Source: Lentimicrobiaceae bacterium (lineage in GTDB: Bacteria > Bacteroidota > Bacteroidia > Bacteroidales > JAGNHN01). Taken from it: a stretch of DNA of 64,000 nucleotides. The position numbers and the translations under genes are program-made. Positions 1 through 9,340 of this stretch are shown here, piece after piece. The stretch lies in contig JAGNHN010000001.1 of NCBI GenBank assembly GCA_018001695.1, positions 8,226 to 72,225 on the forward strand, in the 5' to 3' direction. The notes below the pieces were generated by a model. The model did no database searches. It worked only from the letters and a program-made list of their open reading frames with translations, and was not told the origin of the DNA. Position 1 is the stretch's first letter. Each line of letters begins with the position of its first letter.

Positions 1-73
1 AACAAATGGTCGGTGAACCAAAAGTTTCACGGACCCAGCTTGTGTAACTGGCCCCTACAAAAGTACGATTTAC

Positions 74-2755
74 TTGAAAAATAATTCAGAAACGCACAAT
101 CGTACCCGCTTGCATGCAATCTGCTTACGGCTTTTTACATTGGCTGTCAGTATTTTGATTGGTCTTCCCATATCACATTCTCAGGAAGATACTACCAAAC
201 CTATTAACGACAGTCCTGTTGTATTGTTATCCTCTGATAGCATTATTCCCGACACATCCGGTCTTACATTAGCCCCCGACAGCCTTTTGATTGTTTCCGA
301 CAGTCTGAGCGCAGACGCCTCTTCGGGCATGCTGAAATCAGCTGTTCAATACCGGGCCAATGATTCTATCCGCTTTGATCTGACGTCTCAAAAGGTCTAT
401 CTGTATGATCAAAATGACCTGACCTATGAGCAGATCAATCTGAAAGCCAACTACGTAGAGATCGACTTCGTCTCGAAGACGGTCTATGCACGTGGTGTTC
501 CGGATTCACTGGGCATCGTGCAGGGTAACCCAGAATTCAAAGAAGGCGAACAGCAGTTCAGATCGAAAGAAATGCGCTACAGCTTTGAAACACGTAAAGG
601 ACTTATCAAGGAAGTCATTACCCAGGAAGGTGACGGATACCTGCACGGAGCGGTCATCAAGAAGCTGCCGGATGACGTCATCAATATAAGGCAGGGAAAA
701 TACACCACCTGTAGCCTGGATCATCCACATTTTGAATTTCGGTTTTCTCGTTCCAAGGTTATCCCAGGAAATAAGATTATCACTGGTCCGGCCTACCTGG
801 TCATCGACGATGTACCCCTGCCCCTTGCATTGCCATTCGGACTCTTTCCCAATAAAAAAGGTCAAAGGAGTGGTTTGCTGATCCCAACCTACGGTGAATC
901 GGCCAATCGTGGATTCTATTTCGAAAACTTCGGCTATTACTGGGGCATCAACGATTATGTTGATCTTGAACTGCGCGGAGACATCTATACGCGTGGCAGC
1001 TGGGCCATCAAAACCAAATCAACCTACAACAAACGTTATAAATATCGAGGTGGACTGGCTTTTAAGTATGCCATGAACATTCTGGGTGAAGAAGGTGCAC
1101 CGGACTATTCACGCAGCCGTGACTTTGCCATCAACTGGAGCCACCAGCAAAGTGAGAAAGCCCGGCCTAACAGCCGCTTCTCAAGCAATGTCAACATTGT
1201 CAGCAGCAAGTTTAACCAGTTTAATCCTGTCAGCGCCAACGACTATTTATCCAATACCTTTCAATCCAGCGTATCCTATCAGACGCAATGGAGTAATAAG
1301 TACTTCCTGACCGCCAGCCTCAATCATCAGCAGAATGTCATAACACGTGCCTTCTCATTGACACTCCCGGAAATGAGCTTCAGCGTTTCCCGCTTCCATC
1401 CCTTCCGACCTGCAACCAGAGCTGGCAAGAAGAAATGGTACGACGATATCAGCGTTGAATACCGGATGAACACCCGAAATCAAATCCAGACTTTTGACAC
1501 GCTGCTGTTTGAACCGGATATCTGGAAGCGTTTCCAAAGCGGTGCGCAACATAGTATTCCCATCCGCAATTCTTTCAAGTTGTTGAAATACTTCAACCTG
1601 ACCAATACACTTACCTATACTGAACGATGGTATCCCAGGCAGATCCGTCGCGCCTGGTCGGATGAACCCTGGATCAACGGCCAGGACACCATCATTGGCA
1701 GGGTCGTCAGGGACACTGTCAGTGGATTCTTCCCTGTCCGTGATGCCGGGTTCAGCTCCAGTCTCACCACGAAACTTTACGGTCTGGTCCGGTTTCAGAA
1801 AGGGCCTGTCACTGCGGTGAGGCATGTTGTAACACCGACAATATCATTTAATTATACGCCAGATTTCGGAAAGAGCATCTTCGGATATTATGATGCCTAT
1901 ACCGATGGAAACGGTAAAACGCAGCGCTATACCCTTTATGAAGGAGGCATTTATGGTGTTCCTATGGATGGAAAAATGGGCCGCGTGAATTTTTCCATTG
2001 GTAACAACCTGGAGATGAAAGTGCGCTCCAGAAAGGATACCATTAGCGGTGAAAAGAAAGTCATGCTGATTGAAAACCTTACTATTACCACGGCCTACGA
2101 TCTGGCCAGGGACTCCCTGCGATGGTCGCTGATCAACATCAGTGGCCGCACAAGGTTGTTCAAGAAACTTGACCTGACTTACGGCAGTACCTGGGACCCT
2201 TATGTGCTTGATGATTCCAAAACAAGAAACCTGAACCGCTTCGAATGGCGGGAGAATGGGCGCCTTCTTCGATTTCAGAATGCGTATTATAACTTCAGCC
2301 TGGATTATAGTCTGAACGATAAGGCCCTGTCGCGGCCCCGCGAGTCAAGTGCGGGCAGCGAAGATGAATTGGAAGAGGTCAACCGGAATCTGGACCAATA
2401 TGTCGATTTCAACGTCCCGTGGAATCTGAGCTTTTCATACAGCCTCAATATACGTACCGATTTTGATGCCATCCAGGAAAAAACCACAAGAGATGTTGTG
2501 CAAACCCTGAATGTGGCCGGAGAGGTGAACCTTACCCCGAAATGGAAGGTAGGGATGCGAACAGGATACGATTTTAAAAACAAAGACTTCAGTTACACCA
2601 CAGTGGATGTTTATCGCGACCTGCATTGCTGGGAGATGCGCTTTAACTGGATACCGCTGGGATGGAGAAAATCCTGGAATTTCACCATCAATGTCAAATC
2701 ATCCCTGCTGCAGGACCTCAAGCTCAATAAGAAGAAGGACTTCCGGGATTTTTAG
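74..2755 (+). CDS. LptD-like putative LPS-assembly outer-membrane protein (Bacteroidota long form)
   Basis: 893-aa ORF with a hydrophobic N-terminal signal-like segment (LFTLAVSILIGLPISHSQ). Composition is beta-strand rich with many aromatics, and the length and layout match Bacteroidota LptD/OstA-type proteins. The start is TTG at 74; an in-frame stop lies at 14-16 and no upstream ATG exists, so the start is uncertain. Confidence 0.7.
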   Translation: MKNNSETHNRTRLHAICLRLFTLAVSILIGLPISHSQEDTTKPINDSPVVLLSSDSIIPDTSGLTLAPDSLLIVSDSLSADASSGMLKSAVQYRANDSIRFDLTSQKVYLYDQNDLTYEQINLKANYVEIDFVSKTVYARGVPDSLGIVQGNPEFKEGEQQFRSKEMRYSFETRKGLIKEVITQEGDGYLHGAVIKKLPDDVINIRQGKYTTCSLDHPHFEFRFSRSKVIPGNKIITGPAYLVIDDVPLPLALPFGLFPNKKGQRSGLLIPTYGESANRGFYFENFGYYWGINDYVDLELRGDIYTRGSWAIKTKSTYNKRYKYRGGLAFKYAMNILGEEGAPDYSRSRDFAINWSHQQSEKARPNSRFSSNVNIVSSKFNQFNPVSANDYLSNTFQSSVSYQTQWSNKYFLTASLNHQQNVITRAFSLTLPEMSFSVSRFHPFRPATRAGKKKWYDDISVEYRMNTRNQIQTFDTLLFEPDIWKRFQSGAQHSIPIRNSFKLLKYFNLTNTLTYTERWYPRQIRRAWSDEPWINGQDTIIGRVVRDTVSGFFPVRDAGFSSSLTTKLYGLVRFQKGPVTAVRHVVTPTISFNYTPDFGKSIFGYYDAYTDGNGKTQRYTLYEGGIYGVPMDGKMGRVNFSIGNNLEMKVRSRKDTISGEKKVMLIENLTITTAYDLARDSLRWSLINISGRTRLFKKLDLTYGSTWDPYVLDDSKTRNLNRFEWRENGRLLRFQNAYYNFSLDYSLNDKALSRPRESSAGSEDELEEVNRNLDQYVDFNVPWNLSFSYSLNIRTDFDAIQEKTTRDVVQTLNVAGEVNLTPKWKVGMRTGYDFKNKDFSYTTVDVYRDLHCWEMRFNWIPLGWRKSWNFTINVKSSLLQDLKLNKKKDFRDF

Positions 2756-2814
2756 CTGAACTAAGCCTTCTGTTCTTTGTTATTCATAGAGATAACCTTG
2801 ATAATAGTAAAGAC

Positions 2815-3201
2815 GTGGAATATTTCATTTCGAAAAAGGTAGAGGGCAGCTTCACCGCTGTCATGGAAAGAACGGCCGCATTGCTGCGCGATGAAGGCTT
2901 TGGCATTAAGACCGAGATCGATGTAGATGGCACTTTTCGGGAGAAACTGGGGATAGAATACAAACGCTACCACATCCTTGGCGCCTGCAACCCCGGCGTT
3001 GCCTACCAGGCCGTGCAGGCTGAGGAGATGGTGGGTGTATTCCTGCCATGCAATGTAATCCTCATTGAGCAGGAACCCGGTTTGGTGGAGGTTGCCACCA
3101 TTAGTGTCGCACATATGATGGGCAGCATCGGAAATCCCAAACTGAATGAGGTCGCCGGTCAGATTGACGCCAGCCTGAAAAGGGTGATCGGGAAGCTATA
3201 A
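2815..3201 (+). CDS. DUF302 domain protein
   Basis: 128 aa. The sequence GFGIKTEIDVDGTFREKLG...YHILGACNP...LPCNVILIE is typical of the DUF302 family. GTG start. Confidence 0.8.
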   Translation: MEYFISKKVEGSFTAVMERTAALLRDEGFGIKTEIDVDGTFREKLGIEYKRYHILGACNPGVAYQAVQAEEMVGVFLPCNVILIEQEPGLVEVATISVAHMMGSIGNPKLNEVAGQIDASLKRVIGKL

Positions 3202-3211
3202 TTACTGTTTA

Positions 3212-4027
3212 TCAGGGATGTACCAGCACCGGGATGTCTGAGCGCGTAATGATATGATGCGCGTATGGCCCGATCAGTGAATTATGGGCACTTTTTTCCC
3301 TTTCCGACATGATAGAGATGAGGTCAGCGTTCACCTCCCTGGCATACTGTAGTGAAAGATCCGAAATGATACTGCCTATCAGGATCTCACTGGTATAAGG
3401 GACCCCATCACGTTTAAGAATCTTGATCGCCCGGCTTGAGGATGCCCGGAGCATGGAACGTATGTCATGGATCTGACCGGATGTGACCAGGACGACATGG
3501 ACAGTAGCCCCGAGTAACTTTGCCAGTAGGGATGTTGACTCCAGTTTTTCAAGGCTCTCGTAGGACTCATCGAGGGGAAGGACGATGTTCCTTATCCCTT
3601 CCTTCCTCTCGAACCCGGCCGGAATGAGGAAAGCGGGCGTCCTGGCACCTGCCAGAATCCGGTAGGCATTCCCTCCCGGAAACATCCTGTCCTCTCCTCC
3701 CAGTCCATGCCGGCTAAGGACAAGGTAAGACATGGGAGCCGGCTTCACTTCCCGGAGGACCTCCCTGTAAGGCCTTCCCTCCTTGATGATAAAGTCGATG
3801 ATGCCTTGACAACGTGATGATTCGCGCACCCTCTTTATCAGTGATTCCAATGCCTCTCTGGCTGCTTCCTTCTCCTCTGCAATAGGACGGTGTGCCAATC
3901 CCCTGGGCTCTTCACAAACATAGACAACGGTGATGATGGCCTCGAGCGGGGCGCACAACATCAATCCAAATTCAATGGCCTGCAACGAAACAGGGGACAG
4001 ATCGGTCGGAATCACAAGACGTTTCAT
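3212..4027 (-). CDS. Tandem universal stress protein (UspA) family protein
   Basis: 271 aa, consistent with two Usp-like halves. Starts MKRLVIPTDLSPVS and ends ...HHIITRSDIPVLV, which are typical Usp features. Confidence 0.75.
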   Translation of the reverse strand: MKRLVIPTDLSPVSLQAIEFGLMLCAPLEAIITVVYVCEEPRGLAHRPIAEEKEAAREALESLIKRVRESSRCQGIIDFIIKEGRPYREVLREVKPAPMSYLVLSRHGLGGEDRMFPGGNAYRILAGARTPAFLIPAGFERKEGIRNIVLPLDESYESLEKLESTSLLAKLLGATVHVVLVTSGQIHDIRSMLRASSSRAIKILKRDGVPYTSEILIGSIISDLSLQYAREVNADLISIMSEREKSAHNSLIGPYAHHIITRSDIPVLVHP

Positions 4028-4102
4028 GGCTTCTCCGTTTTGATTTTTGGTTAAAATACGAAATCAGAAACGAAAATCCAAATACCCTTTGTATCTTACT
4101 TA

Positions 4103-5653
4103 TTACCAATAAAATACATCTATCGGCCTTTTCGGCCGACGGTGACCCAGCCATTGAAAACCCGACAGGCGGTCTTCGCCGGCCGGCACCTGATCGATCG
4201 GATGAAGGATAGCACTGGGTTCGCGTATGTAGACAATCTCCTTGATTTCCCTGTCAACCAGCCGGATATTCATATCGCTGGCAACGGCCCTGTTGAGCCC
4301 AATAATCCTGCCGTTATCCTCCCTGACATAATACACAGTTTCGGCATTCCCTTCGATCTTCATCCTTACTAGTTCATTTTCAACGAAATACCCCATAATA
4401 TGTTTGCCCTTGAGCTGATTATACCGGGTAAGGCCATCCATCGATATGATCATCGCCTGTGCATGAAGTTCCATCTCATGAACCCGACCTTGTTCCAGCC
4501 ATATTCGAATCGTATCGGCGAACATCTGCTTATCCTCCGACCATATCAGGGGGCTACCTAGCATAATGATCATCGAGTCTGTGGCCAGGTAGGTCAGGGA
4601 GTCACATAATCCCTGTATATCCGTCCTGAAATATTTGACATGGTAATACGCCTCCATCCGGATAAGCGCATTTGTCGTATCAAACCAGGCTTCCAGCGTA
4701 TCAGCATGTATATATAATGTATCCGGACCGTCGAAGAAGCGGGCCAGGGTACTGTCTGTCACCAGGGCATATCCTTCCAGTTCCTGATAGAGGGCATAAT
4801 GACCTGAGATCAGCACCTGCCTGCTGGTATCGGTGATGAGGGTATTGTGGAAGCCTCTTCCTTCACCCAGGTTTCTGTTATAGAATAGGCTGTCGCTGAA
4901 TATATTACGATTCTGATTGCTAAGTCTTGCTCCCCGGCTGAAGCTGGAGAGGTCCAGTTGGGTATCATACCAGCCTTGCCGGCAGGTGATCACATTCTCA
5001 TCGCTCACGATGGTTGTAGGGCCCATGAAATCAGCGACGCCACTCACGGTATGATACTGAAGCGTATCCGATGTCATGGTGTAGCGGGGGTTGACCAGTT
5101 TCACATTGCTCTTGAAAAAGAACCGTTTGATGGGCATGAAATAGGACCCCTGGTCGCTGGTCAGGACATTCTGGGCATCACTGATGCGGCCACCAGCCTG
5201 ATAACGGGCAATACGGGTATTACGGTCGAAACTCAGCATAGGTGTCTCAAGAACAGTTCTACCATCCACCAGGCGAACATCCCTGCGCATATCGGCAACC
5301 CGGGTTTGTCCGTCATAGAACAACTCTTTGCCGTAGAGATTGACGGTATCATTGATCCGGATACGCACATTGCCGTATGCCTCAACGTGGTTCGACCGCT
5401 CGTTGAAGGCAGCTGAGTCGCAGTAGAGGAAGGCGCTGTCATGCTCAAAGACCACCCTTCCATGAACCTGGCGCACATCCTGGTCACGTTTGTCATAGCT
5501 CATCACATCGGCCTGGACCAGGTTGACCCTTTTCTGCTGGGCAAAGGCTTCCGGATGCAGCAGTGGAACCAACATGAGGATGAAGCAGCTGAGTAGCTGG
5601 AAGGATCTCCCCCGTTGCTGGCTGTTGGCAGGGATAAACAAGGTTTTAAGCAA
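4103..5653 (-). CDS. OstA-like (LptA/LptC-fold repeat) periplasmic protein
   Basis: 516 aa with a signal peptide (...LLHPEAFAQQ). It contains repeated OstA_N-like segments of the form (A)DSxxYD...V.L.GNV.I. TTG start at 5653; an alternative ATG lies 26 codons downstream. Confidence 0.6.
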   Translation of the reverse strand: MLKTLFIPANSQQRGRSFQLLSCFILMLVPLLHPEAFAQQKRVNLVQADVMSYDKRDQDVRQVHGRVVFEHDSAFLYCDSAAFNERSNHVEAYGNVRIRINDTVNLYGKELFYDGQTRVADMRRDVRLVDGRTVLETPMLSFDRNTRIARYQAGGRISDAQNVLTSDQGSYFMPIKRFFFKSNVKLVNPRYTMTSDTLQYHTVSGVADFMGPTTIVSDENVITCRQGWYDTQLDLSSFSRGARLSNQNRNIFSDSLFYNRNLGEGRGFHNTLITDTSRQVLISGHYALYQELEGYALVTDSTLARFFDGPDTLYIHADTLEAWFDTTNALIRMEAYYHVKYFRTDIQGLCDSLTYLATDSMIIMLGSPLIWSEDKQMFADTIRIWLEQGRVHEMELHAQAMIISMDGLTRYNQLKGKHIMGYFVENELVRMKIEGNAETVYYVREDNGRIIGLNRAVASDMNIRLVDREIKEIVYIREPSAILHPIDQVPAGEDRLSGFQWLGHRRPKRPIDVFYW

Positions 5654-5668
5654 AGCTGGATATCGTGT

Positions 5669-7408
5669 TTAGCGCAATTCCGGTTCCTCTTCCAGGGGTT
5701 TACCCATTTTATCGTAATACAGGTAGAGGGTCTGGGGACTCACTTTCCTTTTCTTGGTATATAACTCAATATAGTGGAAATTGGTACGGTCCTTCCGCAC
5801 GATTTGTTCAGCATATTGAAGTTTGTAATCAGGGTAATTGGCATCAATGTGGGTAAGAATGGGGCGGTACACCCTATCCAATGAGGTCTCCGTGCGTGTT
5901 TCAAGGATCACTCCGGCAGCATCAAACGTTAACGTATGCTTCAGATCCCGGAAAATAAAACGGGCAATATAGCGGTCTTTCTCCCCTTCCAGCCATTCCA
6001 GCTCTTCTGAGCGCGGATACCTTTTTGCCTGATTTTTACTCACAATCTCCGGAACATCTGTTGCGCGAACGACCGGCTGATCGGCAACTTCCTCTACTAT
6101 CTCTTCTGTCTCATTCACTCTGGCTTTTTTAGAGAGCAAATCTTCCGGGGCATTGTCCTGCAATAAGTTGCCTTGCATGTCAAAATACAGGTTATACGCT
6201 GATTGCATCAGGCCCTCCTTGCTGATGGAGATACGGTAGGCACTTCCCCATTCCGTCTCTTCTTCTATCACAGCTTCCCGTATCTTGACACTATTGGGGT
6301 ATCTGCCGTAGATATAAGACGTTATTCCTGTGGGTAATTCCTGTTCTCTGAGCTTCTTCTGCTTGGGAGTGCCCTGTTGCAAGCCTTCAATGTCGCGCTC
6401 CATTTGTTTGTCAAATCGCGGATTCGTGCTTTCGTCCTGCACATATCCTCCTTCTGTATCACTCACCTGAGGCTGAATAGCACGGGTCACCCTTCCGGTA
6501 TTGTCGAAAAACAGCTGTGTTACAGGAGGATCCTTCACCCCTCTTTCACGCACAAAGACTTCGACGTAATAGGAATTATTGCGGTCGGCACGTGTTACCT
6601 TTTCCGCGTAGGCCACCTCATGGCGGCTGTATTCTGTGTCAAGGTATTTCTGAACAGGTGCATATATAGCATCCGGATACATCTCCTCCTTGGTTTGAAT
6701 CCATGTACCGGTCGCTGTGTATACCGCTTCATGTCTTAACTCCTTCAAAACAAAATCAGCACCAAAATCTTCTGCCATCTGATACCAGCTTACTTCGGAT
6801 GCGCCCTTATACTTCTTGTTAAAAGCTGCTGTCACGGGGGCCGGAACAGCCGAAGCTGCGATTTTGTCAATGGCGCCCTTAGGTGTCTTACCCTCCTTCA
6901 TTTTGCGAATAGCGTTGTATTCGGGCGCTTCGGCCTGAACGGGAAGGGGTTCCTGAGTCTCAAAATCAACACGTTGCATGAGGGTTCCATTTGGATCGAA
7001 TTTCAAGGCAGCCAGTTTCCCCTGGGCTACGCCTTCCTTACGAAGTTCGATGGCATAGTAGTCCTGGCCAGATCCATCTTCAACCAGATCGCTGCTACCA
7101 ATTTTGGCATTGCGAAAGTTCTTCTCAACATAATCCAGCAACTTGCTGGGAAGTTCCTTTGGGCTGAGAGGATAGCTGGTACGCACATATTTTCCGGCAG
7201 CATCAAAAACAAGGTATGCTGTTGCCCCTTCAATCTTTGTCTGTCCCATATATAGCCCATCCGACATGCTCCATGAACGCACTTTCTGGTCAGGGAATTC
7301 GCTGGAGGCCTTTTGCAGCACAGCCTGCGGAACTTCACTTTCTTTCAGGTTCTGGGCCATCAGGGAGCTGATGCACAGCAAACACAGGAGAATCAGGACT
7401 TGTCTCAT
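5669..7408 (-). CDS. Secreted protein with multiple PepSY-like repeats
   Basis: 579 aa with a signal peptide (LLCLLCISSLMAQ). About seven repeats carry the pattern VPxxVxxxFxxxYPxxxxxxW...YxVxF...xxFDxxGxxL. Confidence 0.6.
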   Translation of the reverse strand: MRQVLILLCLLCISSLMAQNLKESEVPQAVLQKASSEFPDQKVRSWSMSDGLYMGQTKIEGATAYLVFDAAGKYVRTSYPLSPKELPSKLLDYVEKNFRNAKIGSSDLVEDGSGQDYYAIELRKEGVAQGKLAALKFDPNGTLMQRVDFETQEPLPVQAEAPEYNAIRKMKEGKTPKGAIDKIAASAVPAPVTAAFNKKYKGASEVSWYQMAEDFGADFVLKELRHEAVYTATGTWIQTKEEMYPDAIYAPVQKYLDTEYSRHEVAYAEKVTRADRNNSYYVEVFVRERGVKDPPVTQLFFDNTGRVTRAIQPQVSDTEGGYVQDESTNPRFDKQMERDIEGLQQGTPKQKKLREQELPTGITSYIYGRYPNSVKIREAVIEEETEWGSAYRISISKEGLMQSAYNLYFDMQGNLLQDNAPEDLLSKKARVNETEEIVEEVADQPVVRATDVPEIVSKNQAKRYPRSEELEWLEGEKDRYIARFIFRDLKHTLTFDAAGVILETRTETSLDRVYRPILTHIDANYPDYKLQYAEQIVRKDRTNFHYIELYTKKRKVSPQTLYLYYDKMGKPLEEEPELR

Positions 7409-7445
7409 GACGGTCGAATTATGCAGCCTATAAAGGTAAAAAAAT

Positions 7446-8738
7446 CTAGCGGATGATGATATCCGAGCGGTCAGGGCCGCAGGAAATCATAGAGACCTGC
7501 ACACCTGTCTGGTTTTCAATATATTGGATATAATTCCGCATTTCATCTGGCAGGGAGTCTTCAGACATTACGGCACCTACCTCCTTCTTCCAGCCTGGAA
7601 AAACACGGTAAACAGGGGATAAGCCCGGGTCACCGAGGTCATAGGGAAGATAATCTATCTCCTTACCATTCATCTGATAATGCGTACCTACCTTGATTTC
7701 CGGGAAGGTATCCAGCACATCGGTTTTGGTTAAGATCAGATCGGTAACGCCGTTGATGGCAATGGCATACTTCAGGGCAGCCAGGTCCAGCCATCCGCAC
7801 CTGCGTGGCCGCCCGGTGGTTGATCCATATTCATGGCCCCTGTCGCGGAGGAGCTGACCGTCCTGGTCCTCCAGTTCGGTGGGGAAAGGGCCGGATCCAA
7901 CACGGGTACAATATGCTTTCGCGATACCGTAAACGCGGCGAATTGCCGAAGGCGGAATTCCTAGTCCGGTACATGCGCCAGCTGCGGTGGTATGAGAAGA
8001 GGTAACAAACGGATAAGAGCCAAAATCCAGGTCCAGCATGGTTCCCTGGGCTCCCTCGGCCAGTATTTGCATGCCTTCCTGCAGACGTTGATGTACGAAG
8101 GCTTCACTATGACAAAGCCTTAGCTCCTTAAGCCGGGCTGCGGCTTTCATCCAAAGAGCTTCATAATCAGGGAAAGTGTATTTGCCTTCCAGGAGGTATG
8201 CATCCAGATCGAAATCCATATAACGAAGCACATCCAGGTGCTGGGCGCGCAAACGCTGATAACGTTCCTGAAAATCAATGCGCAGGAGATCACCTACGCG
8301 AAGGCCAAGGCGTCCGGTCTTGTCGGCATAAGCCGGGCCTATTCCTTTCAGGGTTGATCCTATTCTGGCAGCCCCCTTCGAGGCCTCCTGTGCCGCATCC
8401 AGCAAACGGTGCGTGGGCAGGATCAGGTGAGCCTTGTGACTCACCAGCAGGTTGGCAGTTGGGGTCAGGTCAAGGGCTTCCAGTGCTTCTATCTCGTTGA
8501 GAAGAATATATGGATCAATGATCACTCCGTTCCCAATAAGATTTTCCGTTTCAGGATGAAAAATCCCTGAGGGAAGCAGGTGTAAAACATGTTTCTGGCC
8601 GTGAAAATGAAGGGTATGACCCGCATTGGGACCGCCCTGAAAGCGGGCGATCACCTGGTAGGAAGGCGTAAGCACATCGACAATCTTGCCTTTGCCTTCG
8701 TCACCCCATTGTAATCCCAGTAAAATATCAACAGGCAT
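7446..8738 (-). CDS. purA: Adenylosuccinate synthetase
   Basis: 430 aa. The N-terminus LLGLQWGDEGKGKIVD carries the GDEGKGK P-loop, and the protein reads as PurA over its full length. Confidence 0.97.
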   Translation of the reverse strand: MPVDILLGLQWGDEGKGKIVDVLTPSYQVIARFQGGPNAGHTLHFHGQKHVLHLLPSGIFHPETENLIGNGVIIDPYILLNEIEALEALDLTPTANLLVSHKAHLILPTHRLLDAAQEASKGAARIGSTLKGIGPAYADKTGRLGLRVGDLLRIDFQERYQRLRAQHLDVLRYMDFDLDAYLLEGKYTFPDYEALWMKAAARLKELRLCHSEAFVHQRLQEGMQILAEGAQGTMLDLDFGSYPFVTSSHTTAAGACTGLGIPPSAIRRVYGIAKAYCTRVGSGPFPTELEDQDGQLLRDRGHEYGSTTGRPRRCGWLDLAALKYAIAINGVTDLILTKTDVLDTFPEIKVGTHYQMNGKEIDYLPYDLGDPGLSPVYRVFPGWKKEVGAVMSEDSLPDEMRNYIQYIENQTGVQVSMISCGPDRSDIIIR

Positions 8739-8761
8739 AGTAAGCGTGGGTGAAAAAACGG

Positions 8762-9241
8762 TTATTTAAGCACGGCCTGGCCATGGACAGCCTTGTCCTC
8801 CGCCTGACAGCGACCGTAAAATGTAAGGGAATGATTGGTGATCTTGACATTCAGGATCTTTTCGACAGAATTCTTGATCTCCTGTACACGCGGATCACAG
8901 AACTCCAGCACCTTGCCGGAATCCAGACATATGAAATGATCGTGCTGGCCGGAACGGAAACTCTTCTCGAACTGGGCACAGTTGTTTCCAAACTGATGTT
9001 TGATAACCAGGCTGCAGGAGAGCAGAAGCTCGATAGTATTGTAAAGCGTTGCCCTGCTGACCCTGTACTTATTGTTCTTCATCCGGATATAGAGACTCTC
9101 GATGTCAAAATGCCCGTCGGTGCTGTAGATCTCCTTGAGGATGGTGAACCTTTCAGGGGTCTTTCTATGCCCGTTGGTTTCCAGATACTCGGTAAAAATC
9201 TTTCTTACAGTCTCAAAGGTGTCGTTGTGGTTTTCCTTCAT
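8762..9241 (-). CDS. Fur-family transcriptional regulator (non-canonical metal/Cys pattern)
   Basis: 159 aa. [16 protein letters not shown]...[15 protein letters not shown] aligns to E. coli Fur HHDHLICLDCGKVIEF...NHSLYLYGHCAEGDC. It lies 23 nt upstream of purA on the same strand. Confidence 0.85.
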   Translation of the reverse strand: MKENHNDTFETVRKIFTEYLETNGHRKTPERFTILKEIYSTDGHFDIESLYIRMKNNKYRVSRATLYNTIELLLSCSLVIKHQFGNNCAQFEKSFRSGQHDHFICLDSGKVLEFCDPRVQEIKNSVEKILNVKITNHSLTFYGRCQAEDKAVHGQAVLK

Positions 9242-9340
9242 CTCACCCAGGTTCTTTTCAGGGCTTAAAGGTAAGAATAAATTTCTATTTAGAATAAATA
9301 AAAATAACCATGATATGAATTATTGATATCGAATCCGTTC

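Noticed and set aside
2761-3114. 117-aa minus-strand ORF.
   Set aside because: It is antisense to the DUF302 gene, which has a clear family signature.
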